DNA of 64,000 bases from Acinetobacter phage Acj61. Under the pieces are notes generated by a model, which saw nothing but the letters and a program-made list of their open reading frames with translations, was not told the DNA's origin and did no database searches. The stretch lies in the sequence record GU911519.1; one strand, given 5' to 3'. Within the stretch, counting starts at the first letter, position 1, and every line of letters starts with the position of its first letter. Below are positions 38,208-47,356 of the stretch, in pieces. Made by a program: the position numbers and the translations under genes.

Positions 38208-39215
38208 TTAACGAAGTTGAGTAACTTCAGCGATTTCTTTCCAGTTTTGGCGATCAGTAATAACGAATGATGCAAGATATAATGCTGTACGAAGTGATAC
38301 ATTGCGAAGACGTTTAACATTATCTTTCATCCATTGCAAAACTTCTACTGTGTCTGCATCACTTAATCCAATACGTTGTAACATATCAGTTGTTGTAATA
38401 ACATCTTCAACTCGAACCATAATCTCTTCGTTTGTGTGAACTCCAAGATCAAGATAAACTGAACGAGATACTAAAGCCATAAGGTGAGGAGCAATTTTAG
38501 TACCACGTTGGATTTCATTATCTATATCGGTGTTTGTAATGAAAACGATTGTACCTTCAAATTCGAATTCATTTGGAATTTCTTTTTCTTCAAGGAAAGA
38601 TGAAGCAGTTGACCAACATACTTTGCGTTTCTCTCCAGAATCAAGTGCAGCTTTAAGAAGGTTTAGAACATCTTCAGAAGAGAAAACGTCTACGTCATCA
38701 AGAAGAAGTACTGAACCTTTCTCTTTAGCATCCCATAAGCGGCAGTATAAACCAATTCCAGAAATTTTACCATTTACTGATGCATAATCGATAATACCAT
38801 TATCATTTGCAGCTTGAAGATCACGATCAAGTGTATAAGTTTTCCCAATACCAGGTGCTCCAGAGATGATGAGAGAACGAATGCTTCCACCGATAATACC
38901 AGAAGTCATAAGATTCATTACGTTGAAGCGTTTGTTGATTCGTGCTTTCATTTCTTCAACTGATTCAACAACAATTGGAGCAGCTAAAGGAGCTTCAAGT
39001 TTAATTGATTGCGGAAGTTGACCTTCGATTTCGTAATCACCGTGGAATACCCAGATTCCGCGTTCTTTACCATTTAAGTTAATGATTACTTTACCATTAC
39101 CTTTATGAACTTCTGCAGGATGAAGTTCTTCAGGGAACCAAGTGTTTAGTAATTCAAATGTACCAGTAACTTCGTTTCCACGGAATGTACCTTTTTTGAT
39201 ATTTACTGTAGCCAT
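38208..39215 (-). CDS. AAA+ ATPase of unknown function
   Basis: Walker A GAPGIGKTYT and Walker B VLLLDDVD; 335 aa. Confidence 0.6.
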   Translation of the reverse strand: MATVNIKKGTFRGNEVTGTFELLNTWFPEELHPAEVHKGNGKVIINLNGKERGIWVFHGDYEIEGQLPQSIKLEAPLAAPIVVESVEEMKARINKRFNVMNLMTSGIIGGSIRSLIISGAPGIGKTYTLDRDLQAANDNGIIDYASVNGKISGIGLYCRLWDAKEKGSVLLLDDVDVFSSEDVLNLLKAALDSGEKRKVCWSTASSFLEEKEIPNEFEFEGTIVFITNTDIDNEIQRGTKIAPHLMALVSRSVYLDLGVHTNEEIMVRVEDVITTTDMLQRIGLSDADTVEVLQWMKDNVKRLRNVSLRTALYLASFVITDRQNWKEIAEVTQLR

Positions 39216-39315
39216 GATATTTTCCTCAATTTAAACTAAATGATATATTTGATTTGATAAGACTATTATACACTACTATGGAATCAAAGTAAACCATTTT
39301 GTGAAAATAAATTGA

Positions 39316-39480
39316 AATTATTTCATAAAATGTCTACATACGACTTCTACTACCGAAGGATTAACTAAGCCATTTGTTGCTACCATAATTCGCTTTACCA
39401 AAGTCATTCGGTCACAGTCTGTCAAATTATTTTCTTCTAGATGAGCGATAAGTTGCTCTTTTGTCCACATGTTTCGCATA
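39316..39480 (-). CDS. Small hypothetical protein (54 aa)
   Basis: Unlisted ORF MRNMWTKEQLIAHLEENNL... Confidence 0.3.
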
Positions 39481-39481
39481 A

Positions 39482-39778
39482 CTACCTCAATTGGCTATCT
39501 TTTGAGCCGCGTCGATTGTAATAAGATTTGTGAACAGCGTCATGTTCACATTGATGTTTAATGCAGTACTGGACTCCTGGGACAGCCTTTCGTCTGCCTT
39601 CAGGAATAGGCTCATCACAATCAAGACAGAATTCTTCAGATTCACGCTTAGAAGCTAGTTCGAGTTCAAGTCTTGCCCAGTCAACAGCATCATCAATTGT
39701 TGCTTTGTTGGTTTCGAATACTGGATCGTTAGGTCCCCATCCGTTCATGATAATTTCCTCATTATTGCTTAAAGACAT
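39482..39778 (-). CDS. DksA/TraR-family C4 zinc-finger protein
   Basis: CLDCDEPIPEGRRKAVPGVQYCIKHQ CxxC-x17-CxxH pattern; 98 aa. Confidence 0.55.
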   Translation of the reverse strand: MSLSNNEEIIMNGWGPNDPVFETNKATIDDAVDWARLELELASKRESEEFCLDCDEPIPEGRRKAVPGVQYCIKHQCEHDAVHKSYYNRRGSKDSQLR

Positions 39779-39822
39779 TATACTACAAACGGAGAACTAA
39801 GTAAATAGTTCTCCGGAATTAA

Positions 39823-40104
39823 TTACATTGCAGAATATGCTAAAATCAAGATGAACAAGATCAGCATAGGAATAAACGACGATAGTTTCGTGATTTTTGA
39901 TTCAACATTCGAAACTCTGTTTGCGAAGTTTTGAGGAGACTTGATCACAAACTTGTTCTGCCATTCGAGCGAACTGATTGGAAATTCACAATCATTGTTC
40001 TTAACCCAAAGTGTGATCAAGTCACCAGACTTGCGAACTGATGAAATCTGGAAGATTTGCAGCATTGACCAAATGATGATGTATTGTCCTTCTTTGTACT
40101 TCAT
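39823..40104 (-). CDS. Small membrane protein
   Basis: 93 aa with a C-terminal TM helix. Confidence 0.4.
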   Translation of the reverse strand: MKYKEGQYIIIWSMLQIFQISSVRKSGDLITLWVKNNDCEFPISSLEWQNKFVIKSPQNFANRVSNVESKITKLSSFIPMLILFILILAYSAM

Positions 40105-40114
40105 GATGATCTCC

Positions 40115-41179
40115 TTAAACTCGATAGCCTAATGATTTCTCTACTTCGTAAAGATATGTGTTGTGAACAAAGTTTTCCCAGAATTGGCGATCAACTTTAG
40201 CTGGCATACCATTTTTGCCTGCTGTTACACATGCTTTATCAACATCGACGATCAGGTCTTCAAGACATTCTTGGAAGGCTTTGAAGTTGATTTCACCTGC
40301 TTTGATTTGCTTAACAAATTCAGCTTGTCCAAGTGGATACTTCAGATCGCCTGTTTGATAGATTTCAAGCAACTGGATTCCACCTCGATAAGCATGACTC
40401 AGAGCTTTCCAATCGATACCTTCATTTGACTCTGCTTGACGTGCTCGAGCTCCATATTCATCCCATACTCGAGCTAGTTTCTCTTTAAGCTCGGATACTC
40501 GAATTGTGAGTTGGTGTTTGCGTCCTAACACATTATAGAACTCATTACCTTTCTCATCGACTTCTAATGAAGCAAATTCATTAAGAGGCAGCTTATCTTT
40601 GAAGTCTTTCAACTTATTGATTCGAACTGTGCTGATGTGACCAAGCTCAGAGAAGTTTTGATGTTTCGTCATTGCTTCATCTAAAGCCTGTTTGGCAGAA
40701 ATGTGACGTTCATCAGGCAATGTTACTACAACTTCTAAGACTTGGCGAAGAGCTGCAAGACGAGTTCCTTTGATGCCATATTTTGCTGCTTGTTTCTTGA
40801 CATAGCCAAGATATGCTTTCATATCAGTTGTATAGAAACGATGACGATTCTTTTGAATGTAGTTCCAAGTTGCATTGTGTTCAGCGAAGTTTTGATGAAC
40901 AGGAGTGTGAAGCATATCAATTGCAATGGTTTCACCTTTGGAAGCTAATTCAATGAAGTACTTGAGAGAGTAGTATTCACGATCTACGTCTTCTGAAGTG
41001 TTCTTCGAATTCTTAGTGTTTGTATCACGATTAAAATGAGATGGACCATTGCCAAGGATGATTTCTCGTGCTGTTGGTAAGAAGATTGCTTTGAAATCTT
41101 GGTCGCTTGTTGGAGTGTTCGTGCCATAAAGAGTTGAACCAAAAACTCCGTCGAAAATGATTTTGTGATCGATATTCAT
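40115..41179 (-). CDS. Pol-beta-superfamily nucleotidyltransferase, unknown substrate
   Basis: N-terminal GSTLYGTNTPTSDQDF (GS...DxD); 354 aa with a large helical C-terminal domain. Confidence 0.5.
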   Translation of the reverse strand: MNIDHKIIFDGVFGSTLYGTNTPTSDQDFKAIFLPTAREIILGNGPSHFNRDTNTKNSKNTSEDVDREYYSLKYFIELASKGETIAIDMLHTPVHQNFAEHNATWNYIQKNRHRFYTTDMKAYLGYVKKQAAKYGIKGTRLAALRQVLEVVVTLPDERHISAKQALDEAMTKHQNFSELGHISTVRINKLKDFKDKLPLNEFASLEVDEKGNEFYNVLGRKHQLTIRVSELKEKLARVWDEYGARARQAESNEGIDWKALSHAYRGGIQLLEIYQTGDLKYPLGQAEFVKQIKAGEINFKAFQECLEDLIVDVDKACVTAGKNGMPAKVDRQFWENFVHNTYLYEVEKSLGYRV

Positions 41180-41237
41180 AATGATCTCCAGTTAATATAA
41201 GAGCAATTATACTACAATTTGTGTTGTGTGTAAACTA

Positions 41238-41269
41238 AAAATGGGAATTATTTTGAAAATAATTCCCAT
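41238..41269. terminator. Perfect 14-bp-stem hairpin
   Basis: AATGGGAATTATTTT-GAAA-ATAATTCCCATT between two gene ends/starts. Confidence 0.5.
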
Positions 41270-41275
41270 TGGTTA

Positions 41276-41572
41276 TTAAGGACGAGGACGAAGTGGAGCG
41301 TACCAGGCACCGTTACTGTACTCAACATCGAATGGAGGCTTGATGTTATTCTTGTAAAGCAAGTTGCTTGTGAATGGCTCTACCGAGATTTCTTTAACTG
41401 AGCCATCAGGCCAGATAAATTTTGCTACGGGTACTTTGAAGAACGAGTTGTACCCAATTTCTGCTCGAAACTGAATGTGTACTTGAACCCCATTTTCTTC
41501 GATGATGTAGTATGCAGTGTGTCGAAGAAGTTGAGTTGCAATACGAGCTTGTGCTTCCATATTAATTTCCAT
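41276..41572 (-). CDS. Hypothetical protein
   Basis: 98 aa. Confidence 0.45.
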   Translation of the reverse strand: MEINMEAQARIATQLLRHTAYYIIEENGVQVHIQFRAEIGYNSFFKVPVAKFIWPDGSVKEISVEPFTSNLLYKNNIKPPFDVEYSNGAWYAPLRPRP

Positions 41573-41962
41573 TTAATCTACGATTTCTATGATTGGACAT
41601 ACTTTAGCCTTTTTAGCTTTGAAGTATGCCATGATTACACCGTCTGGTGTAGTGTCATCAGAGATTTTGCTTTTCGTCATGTACACAATGTACCCGACTA
41701 ATGCACTGGCTCCGAGTCCAGTTATAAATGCTACAATGACTTCCAAAACTGGATGGATAATCTTGTAGTCAGATATCGAGAATGGATACCAAAGAATCAG
41801 GAATCCAATTAAAACAAAGAAGAATATTAATCCAGCTAACGCTGCTGCGACATGCAATACGCTGAATACGAGTTTCCAGAAATATCCACATAAAGACGTA
41901 GGAATTTCATTTTGCAAGAATTTGTGTAGACGATAGTGCCAAGATTGAGTACTTACTTTCAT
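41573..41962 (-). CDS. Membrane protein, paralog A
   Basis: MKVSTQSWHYRLHKF...SLCGYFWK with multiple TM helices; paralog of the next gene. Confidence 0.5.
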   Translation of the reverse strand: MKVSTQSWHYRLHKFLQNEIPTSLCGYFWKLVFSVLHVAAALAGLIFFFVLIGFLILWYPFSISDYKIIHPVLEVIVAFITGLGASALVGYIVYMTKSKISDDTTPDGVIMAYFKAKKAKVCPIIEIVD

Positions 41963-42453
41963 TTCTTCTCTCCATAAGTGAAGTTTAGCTTAGGGCAAAT
42001 TTTCTGGTGTTTCGAACGAATATATGCAACAACCAGATTGTCACTAGAGTTGATTCGTTCCGAGATGCCTTGGCCTTTGAATTTCTGTCCAAGCATACTT
42101 ATTCCAGCAGTGATTGCTATCATTAAGGCTAACAGCCCAAATGTTACTCCAACGGCTAAAGCAAACGTTATTGCACCTACTAAAATTACTACAGGGTACA
42201 TCCAAAATGAAAGTGAGTTAGCTGAAAGATTGGTACTGATCACATTCACAAGCCCAGCATCAGCTATTCCCATAAATGTTATGAATCCACAAATAAACAA
42301 TACTGCTCCGATAAAGGATACTATTGCAGTCAGAATTGCAGAGAACAATGCTGTTGTCCAGAAATATAGACATAAACTCGACGGGATTCTGTGATCGCTC
42401 TTGATAAACAGCTTATTGAGGCGGTAGTGCCAGGATTTCATGTCAATGTTCAT
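41959..42453 (-). CDS. Membrane protein, paralog B
   Basis: MNIDMKSWHYRLNKLF...SLCLYFWT with multiple TM helices. Confidence 0.5.
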   Translation of the reverse strand: MNIDMKSWHYRLNKLFIKSDHRIPSSLCLYFWTTALFSAILTAIVSFIGAVLFICGFITFMGIADAGLVNVISTNLSANSLSFWMYPVVILVGAITFALAVGVTFGLLALMIAITAGISMLGQKFKGQGISERINSSDNLVVAYIRSKHQKICPKLNFTYGEKK

Positions 42454-42516
42454 AATTTACCTCATCATGATATAAAGTTTGTAAGACCATTATATCATGA
42501 TTCCTGATAAAGTAAA

Positions 42517-42804
42517 CTACTTTTTAGCTTTAATTTCGATATTTTTTCGTTCTGCATATTCTGAACCGGCCTTAAATCCTAATCGAGCACAATTGTCTGT
42601 GCATTGGGTATAAATCCATTTCGACTTGATGAATTTGTAGAACTCTTCTGATTCTTGCTTACTTGGTGTCTTGAATTGTGAATAGACAACCATGGCACCT
42701 TCGACATAATTATTAAAGTCTTCTGGTGGCTTTGGTGGATTAGTTGGTGATGCGTTCGCAGCTGAAATTGATAGGCTGCATAACAAAATGAGGACTGCTC
42801 TCAT
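42517..42804 (-). CDS. Secreted small protein
   Basis: Signal peptide MRAVLILLCSLSISAANA. Confidence 0.45.
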   Translation of the reverse strand: MRAVLILLCSLSISAANASPTNPPKPPEDFNNYVEGAMVVYSQFKTPSKQESEEFYKFIKSKWIYTQCTDNCARLGFKAGSEYAERKNIEIKAKK

Positions 42805-43106
42805 AATGACTCTCCATAGCGAGATTGCTCATGCTGTAGGCATTCTTTCGAAAATACGTCTTCGAAGTTTTTGTCAACCCATGAACGGTCGGTTACATTA
42901 GTTAGTGGAATGGTATGAATATATTCGTATTTCAGAAGGCTCAATTGCTTCTTATTAGGACACATCGGCTGGCGATATATCCCATAAGAAAATCCAAGAG
43001 CTTTGATTTCTGTTTCGAACTTATTGTCTTTAGGTTTCAATGGCAAGAAAAACCACGCTGCCATGATGAGCGTTACAATAAGTCCTAGAACTGAACTCTT
43101 GTACAT
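42801..43106 (-). CDS. Membrane-anchored or secreted small protein
   Basis: N-terminal hydrophobic segment. Confidence 0.45.
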   Translation of the reverse strand: MYKSSVLGLIVTLIMAAWFFLPLKPKDNKFETEIKALGFSYGIYRQPMCPNKKQLSLLKYEYIHTIPLTNVTDRSWVDKNFEDVFSKECLQHEQSRYGESL

Positions 43107-43108
43107 GG

Positions 43109-43534
43109 TTATTCCTTGTCAATTGGACCTACATTCTCAAACTTGTAGAGAGTATAGTTATTTGAGGTGTCCCAAATTCCGAAGAACACGGGACGATTGC
43201 ACTCTGTAAAGATTTTGTCCATTTGATCTTCTGACGCTGGGTCACGAAGCATTGGTCCGGCAACAGCACCTACTGTGTCCATAGCGCATGTGCGTAGACG
43301 AAAGATGCCATATGGGACTGTTGATCGTTTTCCATCTGAACTCATAAACGAAACACCAAAGCTATCGTATTTTGAGTTGTACACGATTTCAGCATAAGGC
43401 TGAAGAACAGGTGCAGATTGAGAGATTCGAGTACCATAAATTGTGTACAAGTCTGGACCAACCCTTTCCCAAGCATTTGCAGCTAAGGGACTCATTAACG
43501 CGAGTAATGGTAGAACGAATTTGAGGAATTTCAT
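43109..43534 (-). CDS. Secreted protein
   Basis: Signal peptide MKFLKFVLPLLALMSPLAANA. Confidence 0.5.
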   Translation of the reverse strand: MKFLKFVLPLLALMSPLAANAWERVGPDLYTIYGTRISQSAPVLQPYAEIVYNSKYDSFGVSFMSSDGKRSTVPYGIFRLRTCAMDTVGAVAGPMLRDPASEDQMDKIFTECNRPVFFGIWDTSNNYTLYKFENVGPIDKE

Positions 43535-43863
43535 CGATTGAGAAGACCTGTCATGTACTTAAGCATTAGTTGGTTCTTGTATGATTCACAACCTGCTTTG
43601 TCCTTAGCGTGCGTACAATAGTCCTTAAGTGATCGATCTTTACGATTAATCAAAGTGCCTATTGTAAATTGCTTGGTTTCATTCAAGCCTTGATAGTACA
43701 TAGCATCAAGTTCCATCGCAACAACGTCAATGCATTCCTTGTCTGCTGAGCAGTACACGTTTGCAGTTTTGTTAGATTGATCGTACTCGACGTTTACGTT
43801 CGCTGATGCCACGCCAGACGCAAGAACTGCGCCTAACATGACAATGAAAGTTTTGAGTTTCAT
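43531..43863 (-). CDS. Secreted Cys-containing protein
   Basis: Signal peptide MKLKTFIVMLGAVLASGVASA. Confidence 0.5.
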   Translation of the reverse strand: MKLKTFIVMLGAVLASGVASANVNVEYDQSNKTANVYCSADKECIDVVAMELDAMYYQGLNETKQFTIGTLINRKDRSLKDYCTHAKDKAGCESYKNQLMLKYMTGLLNR

Positions 43864-44384
43864 TATTTGACCTTTAAAACATTGTGGTCCCTTAAGTATG
43901 TGGCTTTGCGTATCACAGAAGACGAGTATCTGTAACCAGCTCCTACGTTATAGCCTGCATTGTATGATGCCAATGCTTTAGGCATATTGCCTTTGTGAGT
44001 CTTTAACCAAGAATCAATTTCCACGTTTGCCCAATGTGCGGATCGATTAAAGTTTGAGAGCTCGCGTGAGATTTCTGCATGGCTCTTTGTGATGCCTTGC
44101 TGTTTCAAACGACTCTTAACAGTTGGGATATAATTTTGAAAGGCTCCGACAGCATGCCCATTCTTAATATTTATTCCAGCTGAACTCTCTTGCCATAAAA
44201 TTGCAGCCATGATGTACCCAACATTCAAGTTGGTCCCGTGGTAGTTTTTCTTGCCTTGCGACTGTCCAAACTGATATGCTTTTTGCATATTTGCTATTTG
44301 TGCATCGCTAAAATTATAGTTGGCGAATGCAACGGGGCTAATTAAAAATATAAGTGCCAGGATGGCAACTTTTACGAACTTCAT
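43863..44384 (-). CDS. Secreted lytic transglycosylase (SLT domain)
   Basis: Signal peptide plus AAILWQESSAGINIKNGHAVGAFQ, resembling the family-1 LT catalytic ES...GxxQ. Confidence 0.55.
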   Translation of the reverse strand: MKFVKVAILALIFLISPVAFANYNFSDAQIANMQKAYQFGQSQGKKNYHGTNLNVGYIMAAILWQESSAGINIKNGHAVGAFQNYIPTVKSRLKQQGITKSHAEISRELSNFNRSAHWANVEIDSWLKTHKGNMPKALASYNAGYNVGAGYRYSSSVIRKATYLRDHNVLKVK

Positions 44385-44688
44385 ATATTCTCCTAAAACT
44401 GGTGGCCAGCTCTGTGATGTAATACGCTATGCGCTTCCTTATACTAAATGACGATAATAGTATTTATTAATTGTACCATTTATCGAGTTCTTCGTCAGCA
44501 CCCTTGCAGGTGAAGATGAATCCAAAGACAAATAATCCAATTCCTAAAATGATTGAGAGACAAACCCAAAATGCAATACTCATAACATTCTCAACATGAT
44601 TAAAGGTTCATTATACTCTATTTGAGCAACAACGTAAACCATATAATGTATATATTATATACAACCTGTAGAGACGCAAAAAGGACAA

Positions 44689-45123
44689 CTAGTGTCCTTG
44701 AGTTTGTGCACGAGACTTGCCTTTGCACATTTTTGAGTACCAATCTTCATAGAAAACTGGGTCTTTCAATTTTTCTTGAAACACTTTTGATGCACGTTCA
44801 GCTCGTTCTTGGCGATCTTCTTTGGTCATAGTAGCATTGATGTAATCAAAACCACCTGTGCCTCCGAGCTTGAGATTGTATGTGTCATCTCGATCAATGA
44901 ACTCTTGATCTACAAGTTGAGATTCATGCTCAAACATTTCTTCTTGAGATGAATGAAATTTGAGGATTTCTTTTTCAAATTTGTCAGCTCCATATTTAGC
45001 CATAGCACGTTTGAGAATTGTGCCTGAACCCATGTAGCCATCATTGAGACGTTTGGTTTTGTGGGCTCCTATGTAAATGTGTTTAGTGACTGAATTTGTG
45101 ATTTTGTATGTGTAAAAATACAT
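44689..45123 (-). CDS. GIY-YIG homing endonuclease (Seg-like)
   Basis: [18 protein letters not shown]...DGYMGSG GIY-YIG motif; 144 aa. Confidence 0.7.
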   Translation of the reverse strand: MYFYTYKITNSVTKHIYIGAHKTKRLNDGYMGSGTILKRAMAKYGADKFEKEILKFHSSQEEMFEHESQLVDQEFIDRDDTYNLKLGGTGGFDYINATMTKEDRQERAERASKVFQEKLKDPVFYEDWYSKMCKGKSRAQTQGH

Positions 45124-45241
45124 GACTCTTTACCGTTTGTTCAACGTTGGAGAATCTCATAGAGAATACCATCAAGTGGCATATGTATTTATACAAAACC
45201 AGCCAATTTGAGCATTGTTAAGAGGCTTGGCTGGTCAATTT

Positions 45242-45580
45242 TTATTTGATGAACTTTTTGGTCACGTTGCCTGTTCGGCTTCGGTAAAGTCCTTTGAGTT
45301 TATCGTTGATGTCCCAATCACATTGAGTGAATAGAATAGGGTCACCTTTTTCTTGTTCATGAAATTTGATTCCGTAACAGTAACGCAGACGATCTGGTCC
45401 GATGAGTGAAATCAAATTGTTGATGTCCATATTGGCACGAACAATGCCGTTTAGATCATATTGGCGTTGTTGATATTCTTTTATGAGACGAGAAAATGAA
45501 CAGTTTCGATTGAGATGGATGCAGCCTAAAATGACTAAAGCTGCTACGAATGTGATCAAATAGAATACAGGTAGTGTCAT
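45242..45580 (-). CDS. Membrane-anchored hypothetical protein
   Basis: 112 aa with an N-terminal TM helix. Confidence 0.45.
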   Translation of the reverse strand: MTLPVFYLITFVAALVILGCIHLNRNCSFSRLIKEYQQRQYDLNGIVRANMDINNLISLIGPDRLRYCYGIKFHEQEKGDPILFTQCDWDINDKLKGLYRSRTGNVTKKFIK

Positions 45581-45807
45581 TAGTCCTCCCAGTGAGATTC
45601 AATCTCGGCTTGCAATGCGGTCGACAGTTCTTTATTGAATTCCGGAATGTTTGATTCAACGTCGTGCCTATAAACATATTTGAGCTCGTCACCCATCCAT
45701 TTTTTGCATTCTTCAATAAAGTGTTCTACACTAATCACATGTAACAAGTGAAGATAATGATCAGAACTCTCGGTGGTCATGCTAACTGCTACTGGTACAG
45801 TTCCCAT
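45580..45807 (-). CDS. Small hypothetical protein
   Basis: 75 aa. Confidence 0.4.
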   Translation of the reverse strand: MGTVPVAVSMTTESSDHYLHLLHVISVEHFIEECKKWMGDELKYVYRHDVESNIPEFNKELSTALQAEIESHWED

Positions 45808-46032
45808 AATATTTCTCCTTTAAAAGGGCCATGGCTTTCGCCTTGTTTGCGCAATAACTTCGTTCAGAAGTCGATTCAGCGAATACTCCCGATGCAATGT
45901 GAATAACTCGTACATTGGTCGGGTTGATATTCAGTTGGTTGGTTTTTCGAAAAGTTTCAGTTCGAATTTCATGAGCTCCGAATTCCATGTCATCCTGCCT
46001 TGATGGGTCGAGTTAAATGTTTTTCGAGTTTT

Positions 46033-46290
46033 TTAGGTACTCATCTCTCTGTAGTATTTAAACGTGGCTGCAGCTCGTTTCGTAAGAAGTACGCTGTAGC
46101 CAGAACGCCATAGAGTCAAATCGTCATTGTATGCACGCCAGATTCGAGCTTGGTCATTTGTTTCAATGCATAAATCACGAAACTGTACTGTCATAGGCAG
46201 TTTGGCTACGTACAGTTGACGAATGACATCATTACAAATCTTGGTGAATTCTAAGAGGTCGGCTGCTTTGTAAAGTTTATATGGCTTCAT
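46033..46290 (-). CDS. Small hypothetical protein
   Basis: 85 aa. Confidence 0.45.
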   Translation of the reverse strand: MKPYKLYKAADLLEFTKICNDVIRQLYVAKLPMTVQFRDLCIETNDQARIWRAYNDDLTLWRSGYSVLLTKRAAATFKYYREMST

Positions 46291-46721
46291 GATAGTCTCG
46301 CATATCCAATAACTAAATTATCTTGTACATCAAACAAGAATGAACCGGCTAAACTACCTGTTTGCTTTGCATACATACGAAGGATTCCCATGTTTTCGGA
46401 CATGTCCCAATCGCGTACATACTTGACGAGATATTCACCGGGCTCCCATGTATCTTGGATATCGCCAACAGTGATAGGAGTTTCTAAAGCAGTCCAATCA
46501 CCAAGATCAAGATTGGCATCGAATTCATATGTGAGTTCAAGCTTTTTGATATTCCAGCTATAGATGTCTTCACCTGAATCAATGTGCCAGAATTTCTTTG
46601 ACAGCCAATCAGATGTGTCCATCACAATGTCGACCCATTCGTCACCGATAAGAGCTCGAGTACGAGTAATTCCTTTGTCGATTAATTTGTCACTAGGACA
46701 TACAATAACAACATGTTTCAT
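46287..46721 (-). CDS. Hypothetical protein
   Basis: 144 aa. Confidence 0.5.
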   Translation of the reverse strand: MKHVVIVCPSDKLIDKGITRTRALIGDEWVDIVMDTSDWLSKKFWHIDSGEDIYSWNIKKLELTYEFDANLDLGDWTALETPITVGDIQDTWEPGEYLVKYVRDWDMSENMGILRMYAKQTGSLAGSFLFDVQDNLVIGYARLS

Positions 46722-46722
46722 T

Positions 46723-46890
46723 TCATTCTCCTACATAGAATTTGAGGATGCAAAAGATAATCATTAGACCGGCAACATGGATTTTAGGCCATGCATTCAT
46801 TTTGTCGATCTTGTCACCAACCATCAATGACAAGATGCCATCTAAAAGAATTATCAGCGAAATTACGAATATAACAGCAAATATGAACAT
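46723..46890 (-). CDS. Small membrane protein (55 aa)
   Basis: Unlisted ORF MFIFAVIFVISLIILLDG... with two TM helices; stop overlaps the start of the next gene. Confidence 0.35.
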   Translation of the reverse strand: MFIFAVIFVISLIILLDGILSLMVGDKIDKMNAWPKIHVAGLMIIFCILKFYVGE

Positions 46891-46957
46891 AATGGTTCTC
46901 AATATGTTTTGATAGATTGATTATATCATAAACATCTGAGAAAGTAAAACCTTTTGC

Positions 46958-46991
46958 AAAAAAAAAGGACTGACGAATTGCTCGACAGTCC
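46958..46991 (-). terminator. Rho-independent terminator closing the tRNA array
   Basis: Hairpin GGACTG-N13-CAGTCC followed by a 9-T run on the minus strand. Confidence 0.6.
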
Positions 46992-47023
46992 TAGATTTGT
47001 AATAATTTATTGTTGTAGTTATT

Positions 47024-47113
47024 TGGTAGTTGTGCTGGGTAACGCTCCCAGATCAAGCACTTATCTAGTGGAAAGGTGTATAAATCCTCTTGCTTTCTTT
47101 AAGCTACACAACC
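47024..47113 (-). ncRNA. tRNA-like small RNA with acceptor-like stem and encoded CCA (about 90 nt)
   Basis: 5' GGTTGTG pairs with 3' CACAACT, followed by A-CCA; internal hairpin CTGGG-AGCGTTA-CCCAG. Flanked by the same AAT(T)AT spacers that separate the tRNAs, but no canonical D/anticodon/T arms. Confidence 0.35.
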
Positions 47114-47119
47114 ATAATT

Positions 47120-47196
47120 TGGCAGAATCGCCTTCGATTCGAACGAAGATTAACGGGGTTGGAGCCCGTCGTGGTACCATTACACTAGCGACCTAT
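47120..47196 (-). tRNA. tRNA-like, anticodon CCA (Trp); acceptor stem imperfect, possibly a pseudo-tRNA
   Basis: Anticodon arm ACGGG-CTCCAAC-CCCGT, T arm CTTCG-TTCGAAT-CGAAG and D-loop AATGGTA are present. The 3' acceptor strand GCGATTC pairs poorly with 5' AGGTCGC. Confidence 0.35.
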
Positions 47197-47200
47197 AATT

Positions 47201-47276
47201 TGGTGCACGAGACATGATTCGAACATGTGACCTGCTGCTCTTCAGGCAGCCACTCTACCAACTGAGTTACTCGTGC
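47201..47276 (-). tRNA. tRNA-Phe (GAA)
   Basis: GCACGAGTAACTCAGTTGGTAGAGTGGCTGCCTGAAGAGCAGCAGGTCACATGTTCGAATCATGTCTCGTGCACCA; canonical cloverleaf; CCA encoded. Confidence 0.8.
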
Positions 47277-47282
47277 GTTATT

Positions 47283-47356
47283 TGGTAGCGATATCCAGAC
47301 TCGAACTGGAACCTTTGGGTTATGAGCCCTATGTGCAACCTTTACACCATATCGCG
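47283..47356 (-). tRNA. tRNA-Met/Ile2 (CAT)
   Basis: Anticodon loop CTCATAA; T arm TCCAG-TTCGAGT-CTGGA; CCA encoded; 1-72 pair mismatched. Confidence 0.6.

Noticed and set aside
45782-45988. 68-aa ORF overlapping 45580-45807
   Set aside because: It overlaps its neighbour by 26 nt and has weak coding signal. It is kept out of the feature list as uncertain.
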